From positions 9,489,355 to 9,553,354 of the forward strand of contig CAVNZM010000006.1 in NCBI GenBank assembly GCA_963693365.1: a DNA stretch of 64,000 nucleotides, given 5' to 3'. This DNA comes from Amoebidium appalachense. Lineage: Eukaryota > Protista > Ichthyosporea. Both the position numbers and the translations under genes were made by a program. The notes beneath the pieces were generated by a model, which was not told the origin of the DNA, made no database searches, and worked only from the letters and a program-made list of their open reading frames with translations. This document shows positions 1-12,632 of this stretch, in pieces; the first letter of the stretch is position 1; the number at the start of each line of letters is the position of its first letter.

Positions 1-156
1 AATCGGCTAAAGTATCCTCTACCGTCTTTTGCCACGGTGTTCAGAGGGCCGTGCTTATAATTATGTCTGGCTCATGTGATCGCACACTTTCACATTGAAT
101 GTTTCGTATATGTATGTGTGCATGTGCTTGCCCGCACATGTGCAATGTCATTCAGC

Positions 157-187
<31 letters not shown>

Positions 188-337
188 CAACAACCCTGGC
201 CCCCAAGATCTTCTCCTTGGTTCCACAGAAGAGCTTTTCTCAGGAATTTTTCGTGTGTGTGTGAGTGTGTGCGTATGTGTTGTGTGTGGTGGTGGTGATG
301 GTGGTTGTGGGGGGAGGAGGAGGGGGGGGGGGGGGGG

Positions 338-485
338 TTTGAATGCGTCAAAAAGTACGAAGTACACAAGAACAAACGGATAACACGATGCAGAATGCAA
401 GCCATACATCATTGAAAGAGTATGCATAATAAGCAGAGCCCATCCTCAGGGGGGGCCCACGTCATCCACAGTACCCGAGTTTCGA
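338..485 (+). repeat. Dispersed ~140-bp repeat family R1, copy 1
   Basis: TTTGAATGCGTCAAAAAGTACG...CCCATCCTCAGGGGGGG...GTACCCGA directly after a G-run; near-identical to the reverse complement of 33673-33814. Confidence 0.85.
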
Positions 486-1049
486 GTTAAAGTTGCAGCA
501 GTAAGCAGAAGCAAGAAAAATATAGATAGGAACTCAGGAGACGGGGCTTCTAGGAAGCTCCCCCGGGGAGGTTGCACTTTCGCTTGGTAGATACAAATGA
601 ACAAGGCATCAGATTCTTCGGATCCGAGATATAATATCTGTGTACGCGGTGTATGGGCCATCTGCTTATACAAGAAGCAGCCAGTACACTGAGATCCTGT
701 GCTAGCGCTATTGATTTAGAATAGGTCTAATATCATTTCACATGAATGTTAAGGCTGTACACTCACGATTTATGGGCGGCGTGGTTCGATCATTCGTGCT
801 TTCATTCGGCATAGTCTTACATAAAATTCAAGCTAGGGGCATTGGAATATCTCATACAAGTGCACGTTAACATATCTGATTCGTAACGGCAACACTTCAA
901 TAACACTATTGTGAGTGAAAGCCAAAAAACAACAACAATCAAAGCACAGCCATGATCGTTAAACTGTATGTCACTGACTTCCCCTTCAACTAATCATCTA
1001 CTTGAAGGGCCTTTTCTCCTACCACTACACTCTGCAGTAGATTCCGTCT

Positions 1050-3168
1050 CTATGGCAGCACTTGCGACCTCCTATCATCAAACAAATAGTCCATCAAACA
1101 CCTTGCCACCAGCACATTGAGTGAGTTGCCGAGCAGCCTGTATGCCACCTTGGTGGATATGCTGGGAGGGAAGTTGAAGGTCTCGGGCAGGCAGTGCAGC
1201 CGTGCTATCTCTCTCTCGGTGAAGTAGCGCACACCAAGGGACATGATCCGGTCACCACTTTGCGTCATTTCCTCGTCACAATCTGACAGAGAGATATGGG
1301 TACGATCAGTGGTGGGTGAAGAAAGAATAGCAGGCACTGATGGAGGTGAAGTGCAAATGCGCGAGCACGATTTGTGTGTAGAGTGGGGGTGGAAGGGAGA
1401 GAGAGAGGGGTGTGGAGGAGGGGGGGGGATGCATGTGTGTGTGTGTGTAAGTGTGTGGGTGTGTGTGTGTCACGTGTGCATGTGTGCGTGTGCCCCCCGT
1501 GTATGTGGATTTATATCATAAAAATAGTAGAGAGTGAAGGACAGGAAAAGGGCAAGGACAGGGAAGGAGGTTGGGCATTAGAGCTCACATGCGGCACGTT
1601 GAGACCCACCTGGCTCGAAGGCTCTGTCGGCATCCTTCCTTGCCTGCACCAAGGCCAGATGGCTGTCAAACACCTCTTTGTACTGTGACGGTGGAGGGGA
1701 AACGACATGCAGGGTTAGATGGCAAGTAAAAAGGGAGGTCAAGAAAGAGGGGGGGGGGAGGGGGGGGGGGGGGGGAGGGGGGAGGGGAGGGGGGGGGGGA
1801 TTGGTGGGCGGGGTTAGGTCGTTGGGTGGTGTGTATGTGCGTGCGTGTGTGCATGGAGTGTGTGCAGGTGTGCGCTCATGCGAGTGTGTGTCCATGTATG
1901 TGTGCGTGCTGGTGGTGTGTGTCTGGGAGGTGTGTGTGTATGGGGAGGGGGGGCGAGGGGGAGTGTTGGTGCTTTCCCAAGAAGCCCCTGCTCATCACAC
2001 TGCCATTGCACCACTACCTTCCCCTCCATACGACATCAATAACGGAACTACTTGCAACACTCGTACAGTCCCACGTCAAACTCTCAAGCCTTCTGCAAGC
2101 GAAGTAATCACAAAACTGCACTTATTTCATACATTGAAGACATACACAGATGGAAGAAAGAGGCACCCACTATCCCCACTTAGTGTGTTGGGACACACAT
2201 GTGCCTGCACAGTGACATGTGCATTGAGGGGCCACTCACCGGCTGGCTAAGGTTGGCCTGCAGCACTGAGCCTGTGCCCTCCACATAGTGCGCATATCTG
2301 CAGGTGGGCCAGGGGCCAATAACATTGCATAATATATCCCTCCCACCCTACCCTCCACCATCCGTTCGACACACACACACACACACCAGCACACACGCAC
2401 GCACACACACAGCAGCATGCGCGCACGCACGCACGCACGCACGTATGCACATACAACCGCACACCACAAAGAACATCATTTGCTTCTACCCACCCACAAT
2501 CCCTCCTCAAATGTCGCTGCAAGTGAACTTGGTGTGTGGGTGGGGGAGTGAGGGGGGAGGGGGGATTTGAATGCGTCATAAAGTACGAGGCACACATGAG
2601 TAACGGATAACACGATGCAGAGTGCAAACCATACATACAGAGTATGCATAATAAGCAAAGCCCTTCCTCGGGGGGGGGGGGGGGGGGGGGGGGGGGGGTA
2701 CTCACGCCTTTGTAAAACAGCACGATCTCCTGTCTGTTGGGAGCACAATATCTGCAGGGGACACATCAGAAATGAACCCCTCACATGTGAATCCCTACAT
2801 GCCCGTGATTGTTATTTGCAGCAAGACATACAATGTCACCATGTGTCCCCTTACATCGAATGCCTATGTGCGCTTAACCTCGCTTAAAGGCCCCCCCTCT
2901 CCCCCCTCCCCCCACCCCCCTCTCCCCCGGAGCACAATTTTGAACTCTTTAATCACTACCTATTGCTCATGAAAACACGCTACATTTCTTATTGGAAAAA
3001 AAAAACACAACGGGGTGTTAGGTCCCTCCCCCTCTTCCCTCCCCACACACACACACACACACACCACCATGTCCATCTCCCTCCCAGCGCCCCCCGCCCT
3101 CCCCTCCCCCTCACACACACACACACACGCACACACAGAGAGAGAGACACACACAGAGACACACGCGC

Positions 3169-3221
<53 letters not shown>

Positions 3222-3937
3222 CACCTACCCATCAGTGCGCCCTTTGACAGCATGATCTTCCTGGGCACATAGTAGGTCTCCGGCACCCCCCCCACCTCCA
3301 CATACTCCCCTATGGCCTTAGGCACACTTATGCCAGGCAGCTGGGTGTCGTCTGCATCATCCTCCCCCACCCCCCCATAATCCTCCACAGACTCAAAGTG
3401 GGGGTCACCGGGTATGTGCCGCAGCACCGTGCCTGTCGGTGGGTGCCGGAATGCAAGGGGACTCTTTTTGGCCTGTGCGCGTAAAGGTTGGATCATGAGT
3501 CCTGGCATGGCATGGTCGTAACCACGTGTCTACAAATGATGATTTGTGATGGTGAGGGAAAAGAAAGTGCGAAGGGGGGGGGGGGGGGGGGGGGAGGGGG
3601 AGGGGGGGGGGGGGGGGGGGGAGGGGCTGATGGGAGGGAAAAGCAGAAGGGGTGAGGGAGGGGAGGGGAATGGGTGGGGAACGGAAGTAGAGGGAGGGGA
3701 ACGGACGGGATTGGGAGAGGAAAGGGAAGGGGGGAACGGGGGAGGACGGGGAAGGGGCTTGCGAGTGGGCAGAAAAGGGGGAGGAGGAAAAGGGAATGAG
3801 ATGAGAAAGGGCACCCGGGGAGGAGGGGGGGGGGGGGGAAGGAATGGGAGGAAGGGGGGGGGGGGGGGGAGAGGGAAAGGAATGGGAGGGAGGGGGGGGG
3901 GGGGGGGGGATAGTGGGGGTTCTTTACTGCCCACATG

Positions 3938-3978
<41 letters not shown>

Positions 3979-4034
3979 CGCGCTCACACACGCACAGGCG
4001 CTTGTGTGAGTTTTTGTGTGTGTGTGGGGGGGGT

Positions 4035-4069
<35 letters not shown>

Positions 4070-7000
4070 GGGGGGGGAGGGGGAGGGAGGGAGGGGCGTG
4101 TGCGTGCGTCCTTGCGTGTGCGTGTGCATGCGTGTGTGTGTATGTGTGTGCGTGTGTGTCTGCGCACACACACGCTCCTGTGCATGTGTGTGACCATGCA
4201 CAGGTTGATGGGCGAATGGGTATGTGGTTGTGTGTGTGTGAAGGGGGGTTGTGTAGATGGCGAGACGTGAGTGAGCGATTGAGTGTGTGTGTGTGCGCGC
4301 GCGGGCGTGTCCGTGTGAGCATATACTTGATTTGGGCCCAAGGGCCCGGGAGGGGGGGGGGGGGGGGGGGGGGGAGTGTTGCTCACCACCAGGAAGTAGC
4401 GCAAACGAGAATTAGGCACACCAAACTGGCGGGGGGTCAGAAGAAACTCCTGCCACGTGTAGCCACAGCTGCCCAGCACACCCAGCAGGTACTGGTGTGT
4501 GTCTGACACCTGTGTAGTGTATACAGTGAGCGGTGGCGTCATCCACACTATAGGCTACATCCCTGAACCTGCAAATGCACATAGATGGATCATGGGTGCT
4601 TGTAGCTACCGTACCAGTTTCCTTCTACCAGTAATATTAAGCGTGCATAAGCAAAACAGGACAAAGAAGAATTTCCTTTGGTTGTTTTTTGCATACAAAC
4701 ACACCATAGCTCTCCTGACACATATCAACATAGTAGGGGTTGGCCCACCTCGAATCCTTTAACGTTCTCAATGAGGATATACGATGGGGGGTGCTGCATC
4801 TTGGGCAGCATATCCATCAGATACTTAAAGCTCTTGGATCGGGTGTCTTCCGACCCCATCTGCTTGCCTGTGCGTGTGTGGGTGCGTATGTGGATGTGTG
4901 TGCGTGGGGGGAGGGGAAGGGGGGGGGGGGGGGGGGAGGGGAGGGGGGAGTGAGTGAGTGTGGGTGTGTGGGTGTGTGGGTGCGTGCGTGCTTGAGTGGG
5001 AGGGTGTGTGTGCGTGTGTGTGTGGGGGGGAGGGGGGGGGGCGGGGGGGATGGGTGTGGGTGTGCGGCATGAACCCGTGAGTGTGTGTGTGTGTGTAGTG
5101 GTAGTGAAATGGGGGGGGGGGGGGGAGGAGGAGAGGGGGGGGGGGGGGGGAGGGGGGAGGGTATTTGCCCATATACATGTGTGTGCATGTGTGTGTGCGT
5201 GGGCGCGCGTGCACATATGCTGAAGTACAGGGAAACATATGATGAAGTAATACACAGGCTGCATGCGGATGTGTGTGCTTGTTCGTGTGTATGATGTCCC
5301 CCCCCCCCCCCCCCCTCCCCAAACCATTCCCCCCCCCCCCCCCCCCCCCCCCCCCCAACCACCACCACCACCCACCCACCCACACCACCCGCCCTTGCCC
5401 TCCACAAACACATACAGGCATGCACACACATCACACACGCGCTGCTCCCCCTACCATTTCCCCCCCCACCCCCACCACCCCCATCCCTCCCCTCCCCCTC
5501 CTCCCCCCCCCCTGTGCAGCCATACGCAGACCACTCCACCTTCCGCATCCTGCTGTGCTCACCATCATCGCCCATCCACCCTCTGCTCGGACCAACCCCT
5601 TCTCTATTTCCCATCCTCTCTCCATACCCCCACTCCCTCTCCGAAACAATCACCATAGACACTGCCTGCCTCTGTCCTACCCACGTGCATAACCTCCCAC
5701 GTTCACAGCAGGAACACGGCATGACCGACCTTGCCGTGTGTACGGCTGGCACGGTGGAGACATGAAGAATGCATCGGCCTTCATCCTGTCGTACTGCGCT
5801 ATGGGTATGGCCTCGATGTTGCGCTGCAGGCACACCACACGTTACACACCCGCCAATACAAACTGCACCGTATGACCACATGATCATGCCCATTAACACT
5901 CCTTTTCTCCCCGCTCGGCAATACCTAGAACCCTCTCTGTCCCCTTAACTCTCATGATAATTGTCAACTGATATATACAGGATCTTGATAAGACCCCCCT
6001 TCCCTCACCCCCCCCCCCCCCCCCCCCCCGAAAATATCAAAGCATACTTTAATCCTCCCCCCCCCCCCCCCGTAACCACTACACACACAAACGCATGTCT
6101 TATGGCAATCTACCGACATGGCCCCCATTCTTCCCCCTTTCACTATTAAAGGAACCCCCACCGTTCGGAGCGCTACGCCTCCACCGATCTGTCTCCCTCC
6201 CTCCCGTTCACCACCATTAAGCCCCCTCCACCATCACGGATGTATGAGACCACATTAAGAACATGTACGAGATATTGGGTGAGCGTTCACACAAGCACAA
6301 GGAACAGAAAGTTCCTCCTCCCATCCGCCTCCCCCCTGCACAAAAACTACAGACTTCATACCTGATAAAGCTTTGTGTCCTTGAAATTGTGTCGATAAAC
6401 ATCATTTGCCTGCAGAAAACCCAACCAGACCACAGTCATCGGTATGTTTTCCACTTTTCAATGTAGCGGTACTCACACCTGCTTTAGAACATGTGCACAG
6501 GTAGGTGTGGAGTGTGGGGAGAGGGCGGGCGCCCTGGGGTGGTGGTGGTGGTGGGGGGGGGGGGAGGGGGGAAAGGGGGAGGGGGAGGGGGGGGAGGGGG
6601 GGGGATCGAGGTTGGTGGTACAGATATTCTTTTGTTCCGTTGGCCTGGAAGGGGGAGGGGGGGGGGGGGGGGGGGGGAAGGGGGGAAGGGGGGGAAGGGC
6701 AGCACTGAGGTGAGGGGGCCCCAAGTACCAGTATGAGCTTCTATGCCAGACTACCGTCACTGTTTGCATACTTGTTGGGTACAACCTCATACCCGGGGGA
6801 AAGTAATGAATGACCATCCTTTACATCGCTATGCACATTAAACGAAAAACCGGCAAGACGATGGGTCCTACGTTTTGCTATTGGAACCTAGTTCCAAGTG
6901 ATGTGCAAAGACGTCAACAACCAAGCAAGGGCACAGGCCAAGAGAGAGGAATGGACAGGGAGGGTGGTACGCTCTGCGGAGAGAAAGGGCACAGAGGCAG

Positions 7001-7576
7001 GGGGAGGGGGGGGGGGGACTGGAGAGGGGAGGAAAGGGCGGTAGGGCCGGGGGGGGAGGGGGGGGGGGAGGGGAGGGGGGGGGAGGGGGGAGGGGCGGTT
7101 GGCAGAAAGGACGGAGTGAGGGGGGCGGGGAGAAAGCTCACCGAGGTGTTAATTTCAAATGCCCCGACAACACTCCCGGCAGCAGAGCACTGGGAAAAAG
7201 CATGATGCTGTGTAGTGGGAGAGCCTCGTCAGCCAAAGTGAAGGAGAAAAAAAAATTAATAGACGCCCAAGCCTGCGTGCCAATCAATTTGAATAGCTTC
7301 CCGTGGCCGCTTAACGAAAAAACAGTGGTTGAAACCCTTGAGTAATGGAGAGAACCTCCAGGAAAAGGAAAGAAAACGCTACACAGCATGGAGTAGTATG
7401 AAGGGGAACTTGAAAAATAGTAAGATGGACACGGAGGAGGAGAACGCGCGGGGAGGAGCGGGGGGGGGGAAGGGGGGAGAGGGAGAGAGGAGGGGAGGGG
7501 GGAGGGGGGGGGGGGGGGGAGGGGAGGGGCGAGACTGGGGGGGGGGGGGGGAGGGGGGGACGGGGGAGGGGGGGGA

Positions 7577-7644
<68 letters not shown>

Positions 7645-7890
7645 GCGGGAACGGCTTTGGAAGAACTGGTGATGGACATTGATGGGGAGACAGCCAGAAA
7701 ACAAAGGGAGGGAAGGCGGGAAGGATTAAGACACTAAAGGAGTGCCGAATGAACATGGGTGGGGTTGTAGGTGAGGGGAGAAGCTTAGAAGGCTGAAGTG
7801 TGCGCACCCCATGGTGCTGCTTTTGGTGATACTTACAAAGGCACCAATGCCGCTGTAGAACTCCAACGCCCTTAACTGCCTTTCTGCCAT
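1050..7890 (-). CDS. DNMT2: tRNA (cytosine-38-C5) methyltransferase DNMT2/TRDMT1, 11 exons, ~385 aa
   Basis: Exons 7890-7837, 7207-7142, 6409-6362, 5823-5730, 4867-4749, 4509-4387, 3472-3229, 2751-2706, 2297-2240, 1682-1610, 1282-1050. All introns are GT-AG and phase-consistent. Motifs: [59 protein letters not shown]2-diagnostic [35 protein letters not shown]. Confidence 0.95.
2566..2670 (+). repeat. R1 copy 2 (in DNMT2 intron 8)
   Basis: TTTGAATGCGTCATAAAGTACG...ACGGATAACACGATGCAGAGTGCAAACCATAC...GAGTATGCATAATAAGCA...CCTCG followed by a G-run. Confidence 0.8.
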
Positions 7891-8812
7891 TTTTCATCAC
7901 CCTGGGGTTGAAACAAAAAAGAGGAAGACTCGGACCGTTCACGGCGCTCAGCTCTTGGCAAAGCACATGTGTTCTGGTAGGCGCTCCCTGGCTACGTACG
8001 ACTTCGTTCGACTCTAGTCTGGTCAGCTGGTGGTGCACGCCGAACCAATCGATTCTTCCAACATGACGTCACTGGCAGTTGAGCTTCCGGAGAAGTGGCA
8101 CACCACCGTGCAGACCGGCCGTGATACTCACGGCTCTCTCCAGGTACATGTTTAGAGAGCCGTGCACACCACGCCTGCACGTCCATATGAATGCTACCGC
8201 TCTGCACTCAATACGACCTAAACTAGAAGTGTTCGTACATGATATTATTATGCATTGTTGTCGTACCTGTTGTTTGGATACGATATATGACATCGACTCG
8301 AATGTAAATTAGGGGGATCTATGCTTAGGTCTTGGTATACAATCACAGAGAACACCACATTTGCCTATGAAAATCATGAGGTAAATAGAGTGTACGGTGA
8401 TTCCTATAAAAAATGCTATAACTTTTCTTCATCTATTTAACTTGCTTTGATTATCAATCATTGTGCCTCCACAGCTATCGTGCTGTCAGGATTTACAAGA
8501 GTTTCATTTTGTTCTTTTTCATTAAAGCCCCCAGGCTAAACCATTTTCGTTTGCCAATCGATTTATTCGACCAATCACTATATGGAATGCTGCATTCCTG
8601 GAACAGTTATTCAAAAGTGATTGGCTAACGCTTCGGGACCAACTTTGACTCCAGGGTATAAAACCAGATTCTTGACTTAGCCTTGCTCAGACATGCACAT
8701 GCACAATTGCATATGTACCTACAAGAAATCCAGTTCACACTCACTGACGCTGTGACTTGCGTTTTATTTTGCTTATCCATTAAAACAGCGCAAGCATACT
8801 TCGTTTTCGACA

Positions 8813-9962
8813 ATGACGCTGCCCGTTTTTTGGAATATTCTCGCCCTTTCCCTGGCCCTCGCACCAGCCTCGCTGGCCTGCAACCACTTCAGCACGATGG
8901 CTGGAGACGGAACGGTCGTCACAGGCCGAGACATGCAGTTTGCTGCCCCCGAGTCAGGGTTTCCTTTCCGGTTTCGCACACATCCAAAGGGGGTAACGTT
9001 TCATTCACCTACTGACAACGGATGCATTGGAGCTAAGTGGACTATAAAGTACGGCTACTTGACTGCAGACGGAGGTTATATCGATGTGGGTGGGGAGGGC
9101 TTAAATACAGAGGGGCTCCAATGTTCGGCACTCTACTTCCCGAACTACATACGCCTCTTTCATGAACTACACCAAAGAAAAAAAGAATGTTGCCGTTGGC
9201 CAACTGTATTTGTGCGATTGGATTCTCGGCAATCACGCCCGCGTGTCGGACGTAAACGAGACTCTGCCGGACATGATTGTTGTTGGGCTGAAGGTCCCAA
9301 GTCTCGGCATGGTTCCTTTGCACTACGTCGTCACAGACAAAACGGGCGAGAGCATAGTGATTGAGTACACCAAGGGCGGGAAATTGAACATCTGGAAGAA
9401 CTCCGTTGGCGTGTTGACAAACTCTCCCCCATACGACTGGCATATGACCAACAACCTCGGTACATACGCGCCCACCATGTTCCCTCTCAATCCCGAGCCA
9501 GTCAATTATGGGGGTTATAACTTTGGTCCAAGTGGGAATTGGGGTTCCATGGTCGGCCTGCCTGGTAACATGCAAGGGTCGGCCCGGTTTGTCCACCATG
9601 CGGTGTTGCTTCATTTTACACAGGACAAGAAGCTCATTCCCACGGCCGACAAAGCCGTCAACCTCATTGCACACATGTTGAACGTCGGCGACATTGTCAA
9701 CGGAACTCTGGTTGTCACTCCATCCAGGAACAAGGAGGGGGAGCTTGTGTTTAAGTATGAGGGTGACTCATCCCTATTCCAAATTATCTATGATTTGAAC
9801 CAGCAGCATGTGTACATGCGCAGTTACAACAACCAGGTGTGGCAGTTCATCGACATGAATGCACTGGACTTTAAGGAGGGGGCACATGAGGTGGTGTACC
9901 CAATCTACAACGACCTACAGGCACCCAATGTGACTTCGAGGTTTAAGCCGCTTAAGCTGTGA
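8813..9962 (+). pseudogene. Secreted choloylglycine hydrolase / penicillin V acylase family (Ntn hydrolase), frameshifted; ~381 aa if repaired
   Basis: Signal peptide MTLPVFWNILALSLALAPASLA is followed by the N-terminal nucleophile Cys (CNHF). Other motifs: GRDMQF, EGLNTEGL, LHYVVTDKTGESIVIEY, VLTNSPPYDWH, GLPGNMQGSARF. ORFs 8813-9364 and 9162-9962 join in frame (LYFPNYASF) if 4 bp are removed at 9146-9151. No introns. Confidence 0.85.
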
Positions 9963-10500
9963 GATTTATATTATGAAATGTATATATATTACTGGTGATC
10001 TGCTGCCATATGCATGATGATAATAGTCTTCAAATAGGCCCTGTGTGTATATGCAGCTTTGTGCTAGTGACATACGACCGTAGTACCCTGTCTACCAATA
10101 AAGGTGTACATGTTCTTTGATCCTGCCGGTGTGTAACTACATTAAGTTCTGAGGTCTGAACAAGGTATTTCCCTGCACCCATTCTCATGAGTAGATATTT
10201 TTTTCAAAAAAATGTTTCAAGCTCAAACGGTGATCTGGTGCTGATGCATACGGCAGTAAACAGCCCAATGAATATATTAGCCTCAGTTGCAATAAACGGC
10301 CACCACTGCGTCTTATAATGTCTGGCATCATCATCACACCAGGCTTCACATGGGCTCTATGGCGTACCCACACAAACCGACACCAATTGCAACTGCCAAA
10401 GTTCAGCATCAACTTAACATGCAAACACTGTAACATCAGAGGCCTTACGTAATCAAGATGAATAAAACCTCTATCCAAACATTTCGTGTGACCATGTCCC

Positions 10501-10531
<31 letters not shown>

Positions 10532-10945
10532 ACAAAAAAAAAAAAAAAAAAAAAAAAAAAAGCCCAAAAAAGGGCCTAATATACGAAAAGAACTTCCATA
10601 GATTTCATACAGCAATTGGGGTCGTTTTCCTTCTGTAACCTGCAACCTATAGTGATAGAGTGGGGCCACATGATGGCGTTGAATCCGCCACGTTCAGAGC
10701 AAAAGATATCGATGGTGACCAGATATAATTGAGTTTATAAGAACGTAGTGAGAGCGCGTATGGGAAGCTCGAAAAACATCATAACGGCGTGCAACAATCA
10801 CATACAACACATATGCACCCACGGCAGGCATGACAAACACGCAATCGACTTCAACCCCACCGTGCTACCGTAAGACTTTTGAATTCTTGAATTCGAAACG
10901 GGGAGGAGGATAACAACAGTAGATGCATTTGGGGCAGGGGGAGAG

Positions 10946-10993
<48 letters not shown>

Positions 10994-11169
10994 GATCCAC
11001 CACCCCTTCGCTGGCTGGAGGTGGGGCAGGGTTCTTTTGATTTTGAAACGGGGATGGGGGCAGTAGTAAATGGTGGGGGGGGGGGGGGGGGGGGGGGGGG
11101 GAGGACCCACCACCCTGACACTCCGGTCCCAAAAATGACTTAGGGTATCTGACAGTCTGTTAGCTGTTA

Positions 11170-12201
11170 CCTTAGTTGAACACATAGCTAGCGCCCTAAC
11201 TAGCGTAGTGTCGGTGCTGTGGTAGACGGTAATTTCCCTACAGGGCCTGCAACTTGGTCCTCAGGGAACAAACGTGATAAATTATAATTAAAAAAAAAAA
11301 AACTGATAGTCTGTATATATTGGACATGGGGTTGATACCCTGGGCAAAGTGTGTACATATATTTAGGACTGTTATAGGTGTGTTAGTTTAGCTAAGAGCA
11401 TCGTAGCACCCTAGCTAGAGTACTGTCGGTGCTGGGTGGAAGATGGTGTTGTTTTGTACGGGTCTAAGGGAGCAGAGTGCACAGAGGTGTCATGTAAAAC
11501 ACGACTAACACATTGATGAGAGGGCAATCGGAGTTGTTCACGAGACATTGAAAGATTCAAACAACAACTGATTCTTTATTGTGCTCTCGGTTCCTTTTGT
11601 ACTTGCGACTTATCATCTTATCACAACTAAAGAGGGAGAACCAATCGGTTCTATCAGAAGATAGAAAAACACATTCCGACAGAGCATACGCATTCCAACT
11701 TCCGACTTAACTAAAGTTTAGAAACTCTTACTTAAATAAATTAAGTAATTATACATCTAGTCACTATTAACTCACATATATATTTATATTCGTCTCTATA
11801 AAGAAACTCATTTAAATACATATATTTCCTAATAGTCGACACTCTCAAAGTGAAGACACATTGCAACTTGAAACCGAATTCCATATATATCTATTGTCCA
11901 ATCACAACACACATATATTAATAGACAGGAATGCACAACAGGATCTACAGATGTACTCGCTTGCGACTATTGGCGAGCCATCCTTTTGAGAACAAAACTA
12001 AGCCATTTTGAAATAAAGGAAAGACAACGAGTGTAGCTAGCCAATCACGCTACCTCTCAGATAAACAGAGGAGAGCAAACAGAAATAAAATACAATAAGT
12101 TCTTATCAGGCAAGAGAGCCAGGTGTGCACAGATCTACAGATATCTGTGCTCACAGAAACAAGGGAGAGAGAGATACGGGGGGGGGGGGGGGGGGGGGGG
12201 G

Positions 12202-12257
<56 letters not shown>

Positions 12258-12460
12258 AAAGAGAAAAGGGAAAGAGAACCAAGAAGGAAAGCAGACACGA
12301 ATACAAACAAAGCTAAGACACATACATACTTCAAGGCTCTTGCTGTCATACATGGTGACGTATTCCAACAGATGGTAGTTCCCCCTGAGGGCCCCTAGGG
12401 GTACCTCCGGGAACCAATTTAAAACGGGATAAAATAAAAAATGTATATATTGGACATCAA
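11170..12460 (+). repeat. Repeat family R2: two tandem ~200-bp units, the second interrupted by a solo LTR
   Basis: TAGC(G/A)CCCTA..TAG.GTA.TGTCGGTGCTG..TGG.AGA(C/T)GGTA.TT.CCC...AGGGCC...GGGAAC...TGTATATATTGGACAT at ~11170-11330 and again at 11338-11446 + 12371-12460. Confidence 0.7.
11447..12370 (-). mobile_element. Solo LTR, Ty1/copia-like, with 5-bp TSD
   Basis: Termini TGTTG...CAACA; GATGG duplicated at 11442-11446 and 12371-12375; homologous along its whole length to 14915-16014 in inverted orientation. Confidence 0.9.
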
Positions 12461-12583
12461 TTTGTAAACGCTATAGTCTTGGCATCTTCTCGATCTCCAC
12501 TGATCATCACAATATCTAATATTAATCGCGGCTCTGTGACCTGATTACACTAGCTAGGCACTCACCCCCCCCCCCCCCCCCCC

Positions 12584-12632
<49 letters not shown>

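Noticed and set aside
7817-7836. 20-nt mini-intron in DNMT2 (GTAAGT...GCAG|CAC CAT)
   Set aside because: A better acceptor with a branch motif at 7207 gives HHAFSQ...VVGAFEIN in phase; the nearby His-His is probably coincidence.
1050-7890. DNA 5mC methyltransferase or restriction-modification/defence module with the adjacent hydrolase
   Set aside because: The CFTKxY motif and lack of an N-terminal extension identify DNMT2, a tRNA methyltransferase; adjacency alone is not evidence of linkage.
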